From positions 1-64,000 of the forward strand of contig JBHIAE010000009.1 of NCBI GenBank assembly GCA_046758445.1: 64,000 nucleotides of DNA, read 5' to 3'. Positions within the stretch are counted from its first letter, which is position 1, and each line of letters begins with the position of its first letter. Source of the stretch: Candidatus Thorarchaeota archaeon. GTDB taxonomy: Archaea > Asgardarchaeota > Thorarchaeia > Thorarchaeales > Thorarchaeaceae. The notes under the pieces were generated by a model that saw only the letters and a list, made by a program, of their open reading frames with translations, searched no databases and was not told where the DNA came from. Positions 51,900 to 62,611 of the stretch are shown piece by piece. The position numbers and the translations under genes were made by a program.

Positions 51900-53156
51900 T
51901 CAGTAGGCATTATCGGACCTCGGAAACCAAAGTCTTACCCGAGTGCCCTGATCTGGATGACCAATCACTCGGTCGTGAACATCGATCCTACCCCCGTACT
52001 TCTCTAGGACCTGGCGTGTCTGATGCAGACCAAGTCCACCATATCGACGTGCAGGGTCAAGTAGTTCTGTCTTACGGGCGTCTGAGATGCCTGGGCCGTC
52101 GTCTGCAATGGTCACTTCGTAGCCGCCGTGACTCTCCTCAAGCTGTATCCAGACATGCTTGTCCTCCGTCGGGTTGTGCCTGACCGCGTTCTCCATGATG
52201 TTGAGCAGCGCAGCCTCTGCGAACTCGTCTGCCCACACAAGGGCGTCCTCCACCTTGCAGTCGGTCTTGATGCTGGAGTCCCTGTGAATCGCCGAGAAAG
52301 AAGCCACACACTCCTGCAGAAGGTTGTCAAGTGGCCTCTCTTCTAGGTGAACCTCCATGAGGCGGCTCAGGTCCCGGACCTTGGAGATTATGCTTCTGCA
52401 GGCATCGCTAGAGACCAGGATCGTTTCAAGAAGATCGCTGACGTCAACGAAGTTCGGGTCAGTGCGGACTATCTCCGTACTCAAGATTATGGACTGCAGA
52501 TGATTGGCGATGTCGTGGCTCATGAGATCGACGTAGAGGAGAGACCTGCTCCTCATTCTCCGAAGGCGCTTCTCTATGTATACATGGTCTAGGCGGGTTT
52601 GGATCGTCTCCAGACCATAGCTCAAGTTTCGGGCCAGTCTGCTGAGCAGTGTCAGCTCATCCTCGTCAAACGCATAGGGCTCTGGAGCGTAGACGTTCAG
52701 TGCTCCATAGGGCTCATCGCTGACATGCACAGGGATGGCCACAGAGGATGCGTAACCGCGTTTCACCGCCTCAGCTCTCCACGGCTTGAATGAGGGGTCT
52801 GTGAGAATACTCTGTGCCACGCAGGGCTCGCCTGTTCTTATGGCTGTCCCGGTGGGGCCACGGCCTCTCTCTGTGTCAGCCCATGTGATACCCATCTTCT
52901 CAAGATAACCGTCCTCGCATCCGCATGCCGCTACAGGGAGCACAGTCCTCTCCTCATCGTGACGGACAAGTCCAAACCAGGCCAATTTATACTCAGCCTC
53001 CTCCACAATGATTCTGCAGACGTCCGCCAACAGCTCTGACTCATCCCTTATGCTGATCAGTGCCTCGTTGCATGCGCTGAGCGCTCGGAGTGCCCTATTC
53101 TCTCTCGCAAGGACACTGTTCGACTCCTGTCGGGCTGCTTTCCTTGTGGGACTCAT
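51900..53156 (-). CDS. GAF-domain sensor histidine kinase
   Basis: GAF 'GRGPTGTAIRTG...YASSVAIP'; H-box 'LMSHDIANH'; N box 'NIMENAVRH'; G1 'DDGPGI'; G2 'GGLGL'. Confidence 0.92.
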   Translation of the reverse strand: MSPTRKAARQESNSVLARENRALRALSACNEALISIRDESELLADVCRIIVEEAEYKLAWFGLVRHDEERTVLPVAACGCEDGYLEKMGITWADTERGRGPTGTAIRTGEPCVAQSILTDPSFKPWRAEAVKRGYASSVAIPVHVSDEPYGALNVYAPEPYAFDEDELTLLSRLARNLSYGLETIQTRLDHVYIEKRLRRMRSRSLLYVDLMSHDIANHLQSIILSTEIVRTDPNFVDVSDLLETILVSSDACRSIISKVRDLSRLMEVHLEERPLDNLLQECVASFSAIHRDSSIKTDCKVEDALVWADEFAEAALLNIMENAVRHNPTEDKHVWIQLEESHGGYEVTIADDGPGISDARKTELLDPARRYGGLGLHQTRQVLEKYGGRIDVHDRVIGHPDQGTRVRLWFPRSDNAY

Positions 53157-55272
53157 TGCTTCACCTCGATTCCTGGGGGCCATTCAACAGGTATAGAGGT
53201 AGCCAGACTCCAGTCAGTCAATCCTCTTGCGATAATGTTGAGCCCTTCAAGGCTGGCGAGGCCTTCTCGAGGTGGCGCTCCTTGTATGACTCTCGTCTTT
53301 GCTATCCCTTGACTATGAGAGCCTATGCATCCCTATTATATTACAGTATTACGTAATTAAATAACTTATAGAAAAGTTCTCCGCAGGTCTCACCTTGGCC
53401 AAGGCTTGAGGACAGAGGAAAGTGTGGAAAGGTGATGAGGAGGTTGCCGTACAAGATCCACTCGTCACCAACGCGGGCTCTGAGATCCCTCAGGACCTCT
53501 ACCTTGACGCTGTATGACGTACCTATAGTCTAATCAATTGCATTAGTTTCAACCCTAACATACGAAATAACACATTTGGGGGGTGTCACGAATGTCCTGC
53601 CCTCATGAGCCCAATGGGCAAATCGGCTTGACAGAGCTGGCCCTCAATCTGTTCCCCACTTTGCATGAACAGACTGATCTAGTAGAGCTCCTCTTCTTCC
53701 TATGGGATGACATGTCATTATGCTGATGTTACCACTGTTTCACGCATTCGGAGTCGCCATCCAAGATGAAGTGTGGTCAGTGTCAGCAGGACACAGTGTG
53801 GTAGGAGGGGGGGAGTTATGTTATGAGGGCATGTTACAAAACTAGGCCCTACTGACTACTTGACCACAGCTTTTCCATTGATATGCCTCCTAATAAGCTC
53901 TGCATCTGATATGATTCCATTGACCAGTGTGAATGCGATCGGGGCTCCAATCTTACCCCAGCGGAGGTAGGAGAATCGTGACTTACAAATCTCAGGTCCT
54001 ATGCACTTGTAGTTCGAGTGGTAGGAAGGCTACAATTAAGGTTTCATCCATCGTGAATCCATCCAGCAATCCGAGGTCCCGCCTATCCAACGCGCCTTTT
54101 GCGTCCCGCGATTCCTCTCTGAACTCCTTGGAAGACAGCCATTCCGGAAACGATATAGAGTGAACTGAGGATTTGCCAGACTGTAATAGGATTCAGATCC
54201 ATAGGCAGGCCAGAGGATATCTTCACTTCTAGGTTCAATTCAGCTACTAAGGGTATCACTGGAGTGACCAACAAGCGGTATAGGACCTTCAAGGTCCTAG
54301 GTCTATCATGGTCCCATCGATGCACACGATTTCAGCGAGTCCCGATCTCTCAATTGACAGCGCGAGATAGCTCATCAACCAAGACGAATCAAAGAAGAAA
54401 CGACAGTAGAAAAACCAGCTCGTAGATTCTGAATAACCGTATGAGAGATGTTGGATTCAATTCATTCTGCATAACCAAGTCTGTTTCGACGCACATCCAT
54501 GTGCTGCCACAATCTTCGGAAGCCACAGGAAGAAGGCCTGATAGAGCAGCCGCCGCCGTGGGAGAGAATGGGAGTGAACGAGCCGTATAGACGTACTTGG
54601 GATCCATGGTAGGATTCTTCATTCATGCCAAAGCTGAGGCGTCCGTGTGTTGCGCAGGGATTGGATCATGCCTACTGGATGCTGCTTGAGCGTCATGAAG
54701 GCGGGAGCTAGGATCAGAGAAACACAGGACGCAGGCACGCTTGATTACTCAATCGAGCTAGATGGAGTTCTTCCTTGGTCCTTTTCGACAATGAGTCTAC
54801 AAGATGATGCACAAAGTCTTCTACACTTGTCCGAGATATCACCTCGGAGATAATGGCAGATGAAATGCTTCGCATTGGTGACTGGAGATATTGAGAGCTG
54901 TTCCAGCAGTCCGTTGATGCCACAGTGCTCTGCAATGCAAGCGTCGATCCGGTTCACAACTCTGTCCTCTCCGAGTCCATTGAAACTGATAGTCCGCCCG
55001 TGGAAACTGTGAGTCTTCACGAGTTCGCCGCGGCGGATCTAAGGACCAAGAAGGGGAACGGTTGTAGTGATTCGGTAGAATATTCTGCTGTCACCATCGA
55101 GACTGCTCACCGTAGGTTTTACATATCATTAATCCGACTCCTACCACGGAGAAGAGCGAACAGGGATTGCCTGAAACTCATAAGTCACAAGAGGCATTAT
55201 GAGTCTTGCACCGTTCACCAAATCATATTTGAACCTGTGTTGGCAAGACATCCTCCCGCAATGATATCCAGT

Positions 55273-56310
55273 TTAGTACTCCATAGGAAGCACGATTTTG
55301 AACGATGCTCCTTTTCCTGGTTCGGGCTCTGCAAGCTCTATGGAACCGCCCATTGCCTGAACAATCTCCCTCGAAAGGTACAGGCCCAGACCCCCTCCAG
55401 GTCGTGTTGAGCCACCTCTCGTGAATAGTATGGCCCGAACTTCCTCTGCGATTCCCGGGCCATCATCAGAAACCACAATCTGAACCTCATGATCCGTTCT
55501 TCCCACCCAAACGTCAATATTGGGCTTTTCGCCCGCATATGTGGCCGCGTTCCTGAAGAGATTATCGAATACCATGGGCAGTAGCACGCTCTCCGGGACT
55601 CTCACATCTTCAGTGCCCCTATCCGCATCAATAGAAATAGTGAGGTTCATGCTGGCCTCTTGCGCCTGCTCAGACACTTTTCGAATGAGCTGGATGATGT
55701 TTGTCTCAGCCATCTTGGATGAACGACCAAACGCATTGAGTAGACTCAACATACGCTCACAGACAGCCTCGGTGGAAACAAGTAGCTCCCCGACTATTTC
55801 GCACACATCAACCGTTAGCATTCTGAATGCGTCTACATTGCCTAGAATGATGCCAACATCGTTCTTCATATCATGACGTAGGAGTGAGGCATATAGCTCC
55901 AACTCCCTGTGCTGGAGTTCTCGGGACCTCTCCATTTGCTTGCGTTCCAAATAGCTTCCCAGTTCAGAAGCGATTGTTTCGATGAGATCACGTTCCAATT
56001 TGAGAAATGGGCCCTCGTCGGCCGCCGGTTTCTCGGACACATAACGGACATCTATCCTACCTGCCTTCCTGCTGAAGGTCCAGATGTCAGCGGACTGAAC
56101 CCACGGGGTCTCGACATAATTGACTGACATCACTTCCTTGTTCTCATACTCGATTTTTGAACAAGCCTCATCAGGATACTGCCATCCTTCAACCAAGAGG
56201 TGCACCAGAGTATCAAGCACCTCGTCAATTGGCTTCTCGTATTGTGAGAAAAGCCTTGAGATGTTGCGTAGACATATGACCCCGTGAGCAACTCCACTAC
56301 CATCTGTCAA
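55273..56310 (-). CDS. Cytoplasmic sensor histidine kinase (GAF-like input)
   Basis: H-box 'LLRHDMKND', 'NLFRNAA', 'DDGPGI', 'GGGLGL'. Confidence 0.92.
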   Translation of the reverse strand: MTDGSGVAHGVICLRNISRLFSQYEKPIDEVLDTLVHLLVEGWQYPDEACSKIEYENKEVMSVNYVETPWVQSADIWTFSRKAGRIDVRYVSEKPAADEGPFLKLERDLIETIASELGSYLERKQMERSRELQHRELELYASLLRHDMKNDVGIILGNVDAFRMLTVDVCEIVGELLVSTEAVCERMLSLLNAFGRSSKMAETNIIQLIRKVSEQAQEASMNLTISIDADRGTEDVRVPESVLLPMVFDNLFRNAATYAGEKPNIDVWVGRTDHEVQIVVSDDGPGIAEEVRAILFTRGGSTRPGGGLGLYLSREIVQAMGGSIELAEPEPGKGASFKIVLPMEY

Positions 56311-56610
56311 TGAAATCCCCCGGATCGATTCATCCTTATCTTATCTAAAGTGGTCGTTCCAGTCTGAATCCCGAGTTGTGAATGCATCCCTATTCTCAGG
56401 CAGCTTCTGGATTGTCGACGCGAATTCCGATATTGTAGGTTCTATATATGTGTAGATGTGACCTCATATGGCTCTCAGCAATATTGTCTGGATGGATGTT
56501 GTTGATTTCTCCCAACAAGATTCTTAATGATTGGAGCCAGACATGAAGAGTGAAGCTCCGGGAAGGGTGCCAGAGCCCTCCGCGAGTCCAAACCCTAGGT
56601 TGGTAATCAG

Positions 56611-57708
56611 ATGGAGAAAATGCAGCTCCTTCTCTCTCTTATCGAAGGAACTAACGATTTGATTCATAGTGTTGAACCGGATGGCAAGTTCGAGTTCGTC
56701 AATCGGGCATGGATAGAAACCCTAGGATACTCAGACAAGGATGTTGGCGGCCTCCGCCTGAAGGACATACTGTTTCCAGGACACCTTGGAACTCACCAAA
56801 AGCTGGTTTCGAGGGTTCTCAAGGGAGAGAGTGAAACAGGTGTGGAAGTAGTCTTCGTGACCAAAGATGGCCGTACTGTCAACGTCGAGGGGAATCTCTT
56901 TCCCCGTAAGGAGGGAGGCAAGATAATCTCCGCGACAGGATTCTTCCGTGACATAACCAGCCGCGTGCAAACTGAGAAGAGGCTGGAAGAGTCAAAGGCA
57001 CGCACTGAGTTCTTTGTTGACCTCATGGTTCACGACCTAATGAACATAAACCAAGAGATTCTGTCAACGTTTGAGATTCTTCTCTTGAGTAAAGACCTAC
57101 CCTCTCAACTTGGGGGGCTGATTCGAGAGAGTCTCGCTGAGCTGGAACGAGCCTCAAGCCTAGTAGGGAATGTCAGAAAGATCACTCAGCTACATGCGAA
57201 AGTTCCAGAGGCCACGGAGTGGGACCTCAAGGAGGTCATATCCTCTGCGGCCAAATCAGCTGATGAAACATTTCCTGACAAGAAGCTCCATTTGCAAACT
57301 GACCTCGCTCCCGGTCAGTATATGGTCATAGCTGACGAGTTTCTAGAAGACGTCTTCCTTAGTCTTCTACACAACTCCATGAAGTTTGACAAGAGCCAGG
57401 ATGTCCAGATTGAGATCGATGTCGAGCCCATAAAGCATACTCCGTTTTTGCGGATAGAGATCAAGGACTACGGGCCCGGAATTCCTGATGAGGAGAAAGA
57501 AATGGTGTTCGACAAGCTGTCACATCGGAGAGAAAGCATAATGGGACTCGGACTAGGGCTTACCCTTGTGAAGACCGTGTTGGACAACTATGGAGCATTC
57601 ATTCGTGTTGAAGACAGAGTAGAAGGCGACCACACGAAGGGCGCCAATTTTGTCATACTCATGAGGCATGCAGGAGTGAACCGCTTAGGCCGGGAGGGTG
57701 ATAAGTAG
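56611..57708 (+). CDS. PAS-domain histidine kinase
   Basis: PAS 'FVNRAW...LGYS...RDIT'; 'LMVHDL'; 'NSMKF'; 'DYGPGI'; 'GLGLGL'. Confidence 0.93.
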   Translation: MEKMQLLLSLIEGTNDLIHSVEPDGKFEFVNRAWIETLGYSDKDVGGLRLKDILFPGHLGTHQKLVSRVLKGESETGVEVVFVTKDGRTVNVEGNLFPRKEGGKIISATGFFRDITSRVQTEKRLEESKARTEFFVDLMVHDLMNINQEILSTFEILLLSKDLPSQLGGLIRESLAELERASSLVGNVRKITQLHAKVPEATEWDLKEVISSAAKSADETFPDKKLHLQTDLAPGQYMVIADEFLEDVFLSLLHNSMKFDKSQDVQIEIDVEPIKHTPFLRIEIKDYGPGIPDEEKEMVFDKLSHRRESIMGLGLGLTLVKTVLDNYGAFIRVEDRVEGDHTKGANFVILMRHAGVNRLGREGDK

Positions 57709-58070
57709 TGGTAGCAGTAATGATTGTAGACGATGACGTGTTCCTACATAAGGTACTTGAGCGCATTTTGAGTATAGGGGGTCACTCAGTGATGGAGCAT
57801 GCCTATAACGGGGCTGAGGCAATAGAGAAGTATGTGGCTCTGAACCCAAGACCAGACATTGTCCTAATGGACCATCGGATGCCTGTGATGAACGGAGTAA
57901 CTGCAACACGTGAACTCAAGGAGATCGACTCGTCAGCAGTTGTCGTGTTCATTAGTGCTGACGACACAGTAAGAAACGAAGCGATGAATGCAGGTGCCCT
58001 TGGTTTCCTCACAAAGCCAATTCGGAGCACGGACCTCTTCGCAGCATTGGAGGACTATGTTCCATCTTGA
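57708..58070 (+). CDS. Stand-alone response regulator receiver (CheY-like)
   Basis: 'IVDDD', 'LMDHRMPVMNG', 'ISA', 'KP'. Confidence 0.94.
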   Translation: MVAVMIVDDDVFLHKVLERILSIGGHSVMEHAYNGAEAIEKYVALNPRPDIVLMDHRMPVMNGVTATRELKEIDSSAVVVFISADDTVRNEAMNAGALGFLTKPIRSTDLFAALEDYVPS

Positions 58071-58181
58071 CAGGGATTATGGGAATGTGACGAGGCACTT
58101 GACGTGAAGGTGACTCCTATGACCTGTGATGTCATTGCATCACATGGAGGTACCGGGGGAGAAGAATTCACCACACAGGCC

Positions 58182-58894
58182 TACTCAGAACTGTCAAACT
58201 AAATCCTTCTACTCATACTTAACAGGTCTTCGGACGTCGCCCCCTATTCACACGAGTTTGTAATGGGTAGCCTCGATGCCGAAGTCATCTCAGGCCTTGT
58301 GACCGCTATGACGAACTTCATGGGCGAGATGATGGGGGAAGAGCGGGCTTAGTAGATGACAGAATATGGTTCTGATTGCACGCTTCTCGTTGAGGGCGAT
58401 GAATGGGCCGTAGGTGTTGTTTCATTGGGAAAGAAACAACAGAGGCAAGATGTAGGCAATGACGTGTGATCACAGAGTTTGAGGATTGCCTTTCCGCCCT
58501 GAGGGATGTTGATGGAATAGAAGGAGGGGCGTTCGGAGAGTTTGACGATTATGTCAGGCGAACTTTCGTCGGCGATAGACTATCCAGAAAGTCCATCATC
58601 CTGAAGGGGCCCGACTGGTTCATCATCGCAGCATCGTGTGAACTGCCCGGTTGATGATACAAAGTCATGCAGTCGCAAGTGCATGTGGAAATGTCAACGA
58701 GACAGATACCAATCATCCAGAGAACCATTCTCCGGGTCAAGCCCATCGATCAAATGGCAGATGAACAAGATGAGAAGTATCCAATCTCCGCTCCTGAACT
58801 TCGCCGTCATTTGGCCGCCGAAGCGGCTGAGCGTGATCTAGAAAGCATTAAGACCAGGGGTCTGGTGGAACTCAGGAGCTCGTTCATACGTTGA
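58182..58894 (+). pseudogene. Decayed Asgard-type longin-like domain protein
   Basis: Reconstructed 'ILLLILNRSSDVAPYSHEF...LDAEVISGLVTAMTNFMGEM...**..EYG...LLVEG..WAVGV / KETTEAR..*RVITEFE'; stops at 58200, 58350, 58353 and 58460 plus a frameshift. Confidence 0.6.
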
Positions 58895-59130
58895 ACGGAG
58901 CCATTCTGTTAAGGTGTGTAACCATAGACTGCATCAGGACCAAGTCATCAGCTGGCGAAATATGCGTGGCCAGCTGGTGCAACTCTTTTTGATATCCTCT
59001 CGGATTATGTATCCTCATGACAAGTACGTTGGGGTGTGTTTCGGAGCACAACAGGATTCATATCACACCCGTCAAAATAGTCACTGATTGCCTCAGTATC
59101 AAGTTAGCGTGGAATTGAGGGCGTCCGAAT

Positions 59131-61944
59131 ATGCGAGTCACTCGAAGAAAGAGCAACTATGTCATTCTTTTCCTTTTACTTGCTCTTGCCGGTGTATCTG
59201 GATCAGGCTTCGTCTTCCTTTCGCAGCCGGCCCGTCCCCCTCCTGACACGTTCATCATGGAAGTAGATGGGGACCCTGACTCGATGGACCCTCATGTTAC
59301 CGATGACGTCTACGGCGCCCGAGTCTTCTACAATGTCTACGAAACCCTGTATACATATCCATGGGGCACCGCGGATACCGAACCATCAGTTCCACTCTTG
59401 GCCGCGTCCGCGCCAGTGATCTCTGCTGATGGTCTGCAGTACAACATCTCGCTTCGTCAAGAAGTAATCTTCCACGATTATACCCCTTTCAACGCCAGCT
59501 GTGTCAAATGGAACATCGAGAGAGCAGCCAAGATGTTTGATGTCAGTGGTCCGGCATGGATGATAATCGAGCCGCTCAAAGGAGGTGGGACTCTCAAGAC
59601 TGAAGCTTTCGTAAACGGTACGAACTCGCCTGAGTTTGCAGCAGCGTTCGATGAATGGCAGGCGAATTCGAGTGCAGTAGTCGTGTTAGACACATTCACG
59701 GTCCAGTTCAACTTGGAGCGTCCATTTACGCCATTCATTGCGACAATGACTCACTCGGTCGGTTCTATGATGAGTCCGACCTGTGTTCTGACAAACTCCG
59801 TCAACGACACTGGCCCAATGGACTCTCACTGGGGTGTCCATTATGGTGAAACGTCCACATTCATGGGAACTCATACATGCGGTACTGGTCCGTACATGCT
59901 GGATGAATGGAGGCCTTACGAGTTTCTCAAGTTGGACTTGTTCGAGGACTACTGGAGGATCTATACGGTTGACACGGCTATTGCTCCATTTGTCCCCGCC
60001 GGTCTTATTGAGAGCGTCTACATCAATGTGAACGAAGACGTGATTGGGAGACTGCTGAATCTGAGGACCGGTCTAGTAGATTATGCTGACTGGCCGTCAA
60101 TCCACGCGGACGAGGTCTGGGTCAATGACTCGATTGGTTCCAGGGACACAAATCTTGAGGTAAGAACAGGTGGCCTGAGCTATTCGGTGACGGCGCTCAT
60201 CTTCAACTTAAACCTAAACCGCATCAACATCACCCGGTATGGAGAAGAAAGGAAGGTCCAGAGCCCGTTCGTGTACAGAGAACTTAGGAAGTGCTTTTCC
60301 TACGCTTTCAACTACGGTGAAGCAATCGATTCGTTGCTTGGAGGTTGGGGCATTCAAGCCAAGGGCTTCATTCCGCAAGGGATGTTCGGTCAGAACTCTT
60401 CCTACTGGCTAGAGCATTATGACATTGATGAAGCTGTTGACTGGTGGAACCAAGCGATGCTGCTGCCAGGTTTCGTCGAAACCATGAACAACATGTCAGG
60501 CTACATTGACCTATACTACGATTCTGGCAACGAGATTCGAAGGCAGGCTGCATTACTGGTGAAAGATTGTTTTGCCGCAGTCTTGGCGAATCCTGCCACG
60601 AACCTGACTGGGATCCCCGTAATCCCAGAAATCAGGGTCAGCGCCCTCCGCTTGACCGACTACATTGAAGCTTTGGAAGACGGTGAGCTTCCCTTTTGGC
60701 TCGTCGACTGGGCGCCGGACTATGCTGATCCACACAACTACGCCTACACTTTCGTACACTCGCAGAGCAGGCACATGAGCGCTAGCGGCTACGAGAATGG
60801 CACTGTTGACGAGTGGATTGTCAATGCTTCAATGTCTTCAGACCAAGTCCAAAGGATGGATCTCTACAACAGGATTCAGGAACAGGTTTCCTTTGACCAG
60901 CCTAGCATCTACATGTATCAGCCCCAACAGTTCACTGTACATAGGGCTTGGCTCAAGGGCATAGGTCTCGTGTTCAACCCAATGCACGACTTCTACATCT
61001 TTGAAACCTTCAAGGACTACGAAGACGACTTTTACTATGCGCCTTCGCCAACGTACTTCGATCCTTTGTTCTCACTTGGCATGCTACTAATTGCTGCCGT
61101 ATTCATCTCTCTTCTGGAGCGAGCCTTCAGCAGCCGAGGTGGATCATGCATCAATCTCTTCATGCTATTGATAGTACTCTTCTTCCTAGTTCCGTTTCTG
61201 ATGAACCCAGTTCTAATCTTTCAGTTCTTCTTCAATCCGGCATCTGCAGTCATATTCTCCATCCTAGGGATACTCCTAGTGTTCGAACCAGATCCGGAAC
61301 GCAGCATAGAGCAGGGTGCTACGTATTATCCATGGGCGGACTATCAGATAGCTCCTAGTGGACAGAAACCCTTAGAGTCGGACGCCACAATGGATATGCA
61401 TGATGCAAGGTACTCCTCAACTATTCATGAAGTCGCAGATGACGACTCCAGACCAACACGAGATTCGCAGACTACAGAAATGGAGTTCACAGAAGCCAGA
61501 TGGTTTGAAGAGGAAGAGAGTGATAGCCCTGTGGCCATTCTCATCAGAACAATGGCTCACGGCATAGCGTACTCCACTTTGATCTACCTTGTCGGCTTCG
61601 ACATGGTATTCATGTTCTTCTGGTTATTCGGACCGGCATCGGCCCTCGGCTTCTTCATTGGAATAGGACTACTCTTCATAACAATGGGATGGTCAAATCG
61701 AGCCTTGACGAATAGACTCTGGAGAATCGAGAGCAGTGACCGATGGCTTTCCCTATTCTTCCACGGAGTGCTTCTCTTCTGTGGCTTCTACATCGTGTAT
61801 ATCGTTCAGATGTATGTTTTTGCAATTCTAGGGATAACGTACTTCTTGTACCCTCTGGCATTTTCACCAGTCAACATCATAGTGGGCGCAATGCTTGATG
61901 GACACCTTGCAAAGGTGATAGCAAGTATATGGCGTGTGACTTGA
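59131..61944 (+). CDS. Family-5 (Opp/Dpp-type) solute-binding protein fused to a multi-pass (~7 TM) membrane region
   Basis: 'DSMDP', 'NVYETL', 'FHD.TPFNA..VK.NIER', 'GTGPY', 'W.PDY.DP'; then 3 TM, an acidic loop and 4 TM. Confidence 0.85.
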   Translation: MRVTRRKSNYVILFLLLALAGVSGSGFVFLSQPARPPPDTFIMEVDGDPDSMDPHVTDDVYGARVFYNVYETLYTYPWGTADTEPSVPLLAASAPVISADGLQYNISLRQEVIFHDYTPFNASCVKWNIERAAKMFDVSGPAWMIIEPLKGGGTLKTEAFVNGTNSPEFAAAFDEWQANSSAVVVLDTFTVQFNLERPFTPFIATMTHSVGSMMSPTCVLTNSVNDTGPMDSHWGVHYGETSTFMGTHTCGTGPYMLDEWRPYEFLKLDLFEDYWRIYTVDTAIAPFVPAGLIESVYINVNEDVIGRLLNLRTGLVDYADWPSIHADEVWVNDSIGSRDTNLEVRTGGLSYSVTALIFNLNLNRINITRYGEERKVQSPFVYRELRKCFSYAFNYGEAIDSLLGGWGIQAKGFIPQGMFGQNSSYWLEHYDIDEAVDWWNQAMLLPGFVETMNNMSGYIDLYYDSGNEIRRQAALLVKDCFAAVLANPATNLTGIPVIPEIRVSALRLTDYIEALEDGELPFWLVDWAPDYADPHNYAYTFVHSQSRHMSASGYENGTVDEWIVNASMSSDQVQRMDLYNRIQEQVSFDQPSIYMYQPQQFTVHRAWLKGIGLVFNPMHDFYIFETFKDYEDDFYYAPSPTYFDPLFSLGMLLIAAVFISLLERAFSSRGGSCINLFMLLIVLFFLVPFLMNPVLIFQFFFNPASAVIFSILGILLVFEPDPERSIEQGATYYPWADYQIAPSGQKPLESDATMDMHDARYSSTIHEVADDDSRPTRDSQTTEMEFTEARWFEEEESDSPVAILIRTMAHGIAYSTLIYLVGFDMVFMFFWLFGPASALGFFIGIGLLFITMGWSNRALTNRLWRIESSDRWLSLFFHGVLLFCGFYIVYIVQMYVFAILGITYFLYPLAFSPVNIIVGAMLDGHLAKVIASIWRVT

Positions 61945-62175
61945 TTGGTTAGTCAACTGGAACAAGGATCACAGCGGGGGAGTCCCAGAAGAGAAAGAAG
62001 TTGCGGAGCCCTGAGGCTCCAAGAATCAACTAGAAATCATCAACCTCTGAGGCTGGTTTCCTGACTCCAACACACAAGGACCCGTAGCTTGTCAGTTTCC
62101 ACTGCCCATGTTTGTTTCGGGCGACTGTGACAGGTCTCGGTGAGTCGGCTCCTCCACTCTCAATGAAGATGGGGC

Positions 62176-62541
62176 TCAGAATCCATAGACAAGACCCAAA
62201 CCGAGGAAGATGGCTAATGCCATAAAGACGATTGTGAGTAGCGCTAGCAATCTGTGCACAAGGAGGTGCCTCTCCCGAGTCAGACCCAACCGGGCTCTGC
62301 TGTATCCCGTTAATGCTGTTATGACTGCCAAGACGAGAGAAGCGGCACCTATCCATGTATGTGGATAGAAGAAGTGAACGCCTTCGCCAAGTGACACCAT
62401 GTAGAACGCCGCAAAGAAACCAGCGACTACTGCTGCACCAAGAGTTGCGATTAAGCGATGGACCCGCAGCCACCATCTTCGCTGCCTCATGAACCTAGCG
62501 ATCAAAACTGTGAAGATGAAGAGGATGATCGCTGTTGTCAT
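62176..62541 (-). CDS. 4-TM His-rich membrane protein, cytochrome b561/DUF4079-like
   Basis: 'WLRVHR', 'HFFYPHTWIG', 'LLVHRLLA' His pattern resembles the heme ligands of b561-like domains. Confidence 0.7.
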   Translation of the reverse strand: MTTAIILFIFTVLIARFMRQRRWWLRVHRLIATLGAAVVAGFFAAFYMVSLGEGVHFFYPHTWIGAASLVLAVITALTGYSRARLGLTRERHLLVHRLLALLTIVFMALAIFLGLGLVYGF

Positions 62542-62611
62542 AGTCCCTGCGTAAACCTGCCATAATTCAATCTGCGCTACTCAGCGTGGCCTCCTTCAGT
62601 CTCTGCCAAGG

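Noticed and set aside
54606-54690. GNAT-like fragment 'AGIGSCLLDAA*'
   Set aside because: Too short and degraded to call as a feature; it could be chance
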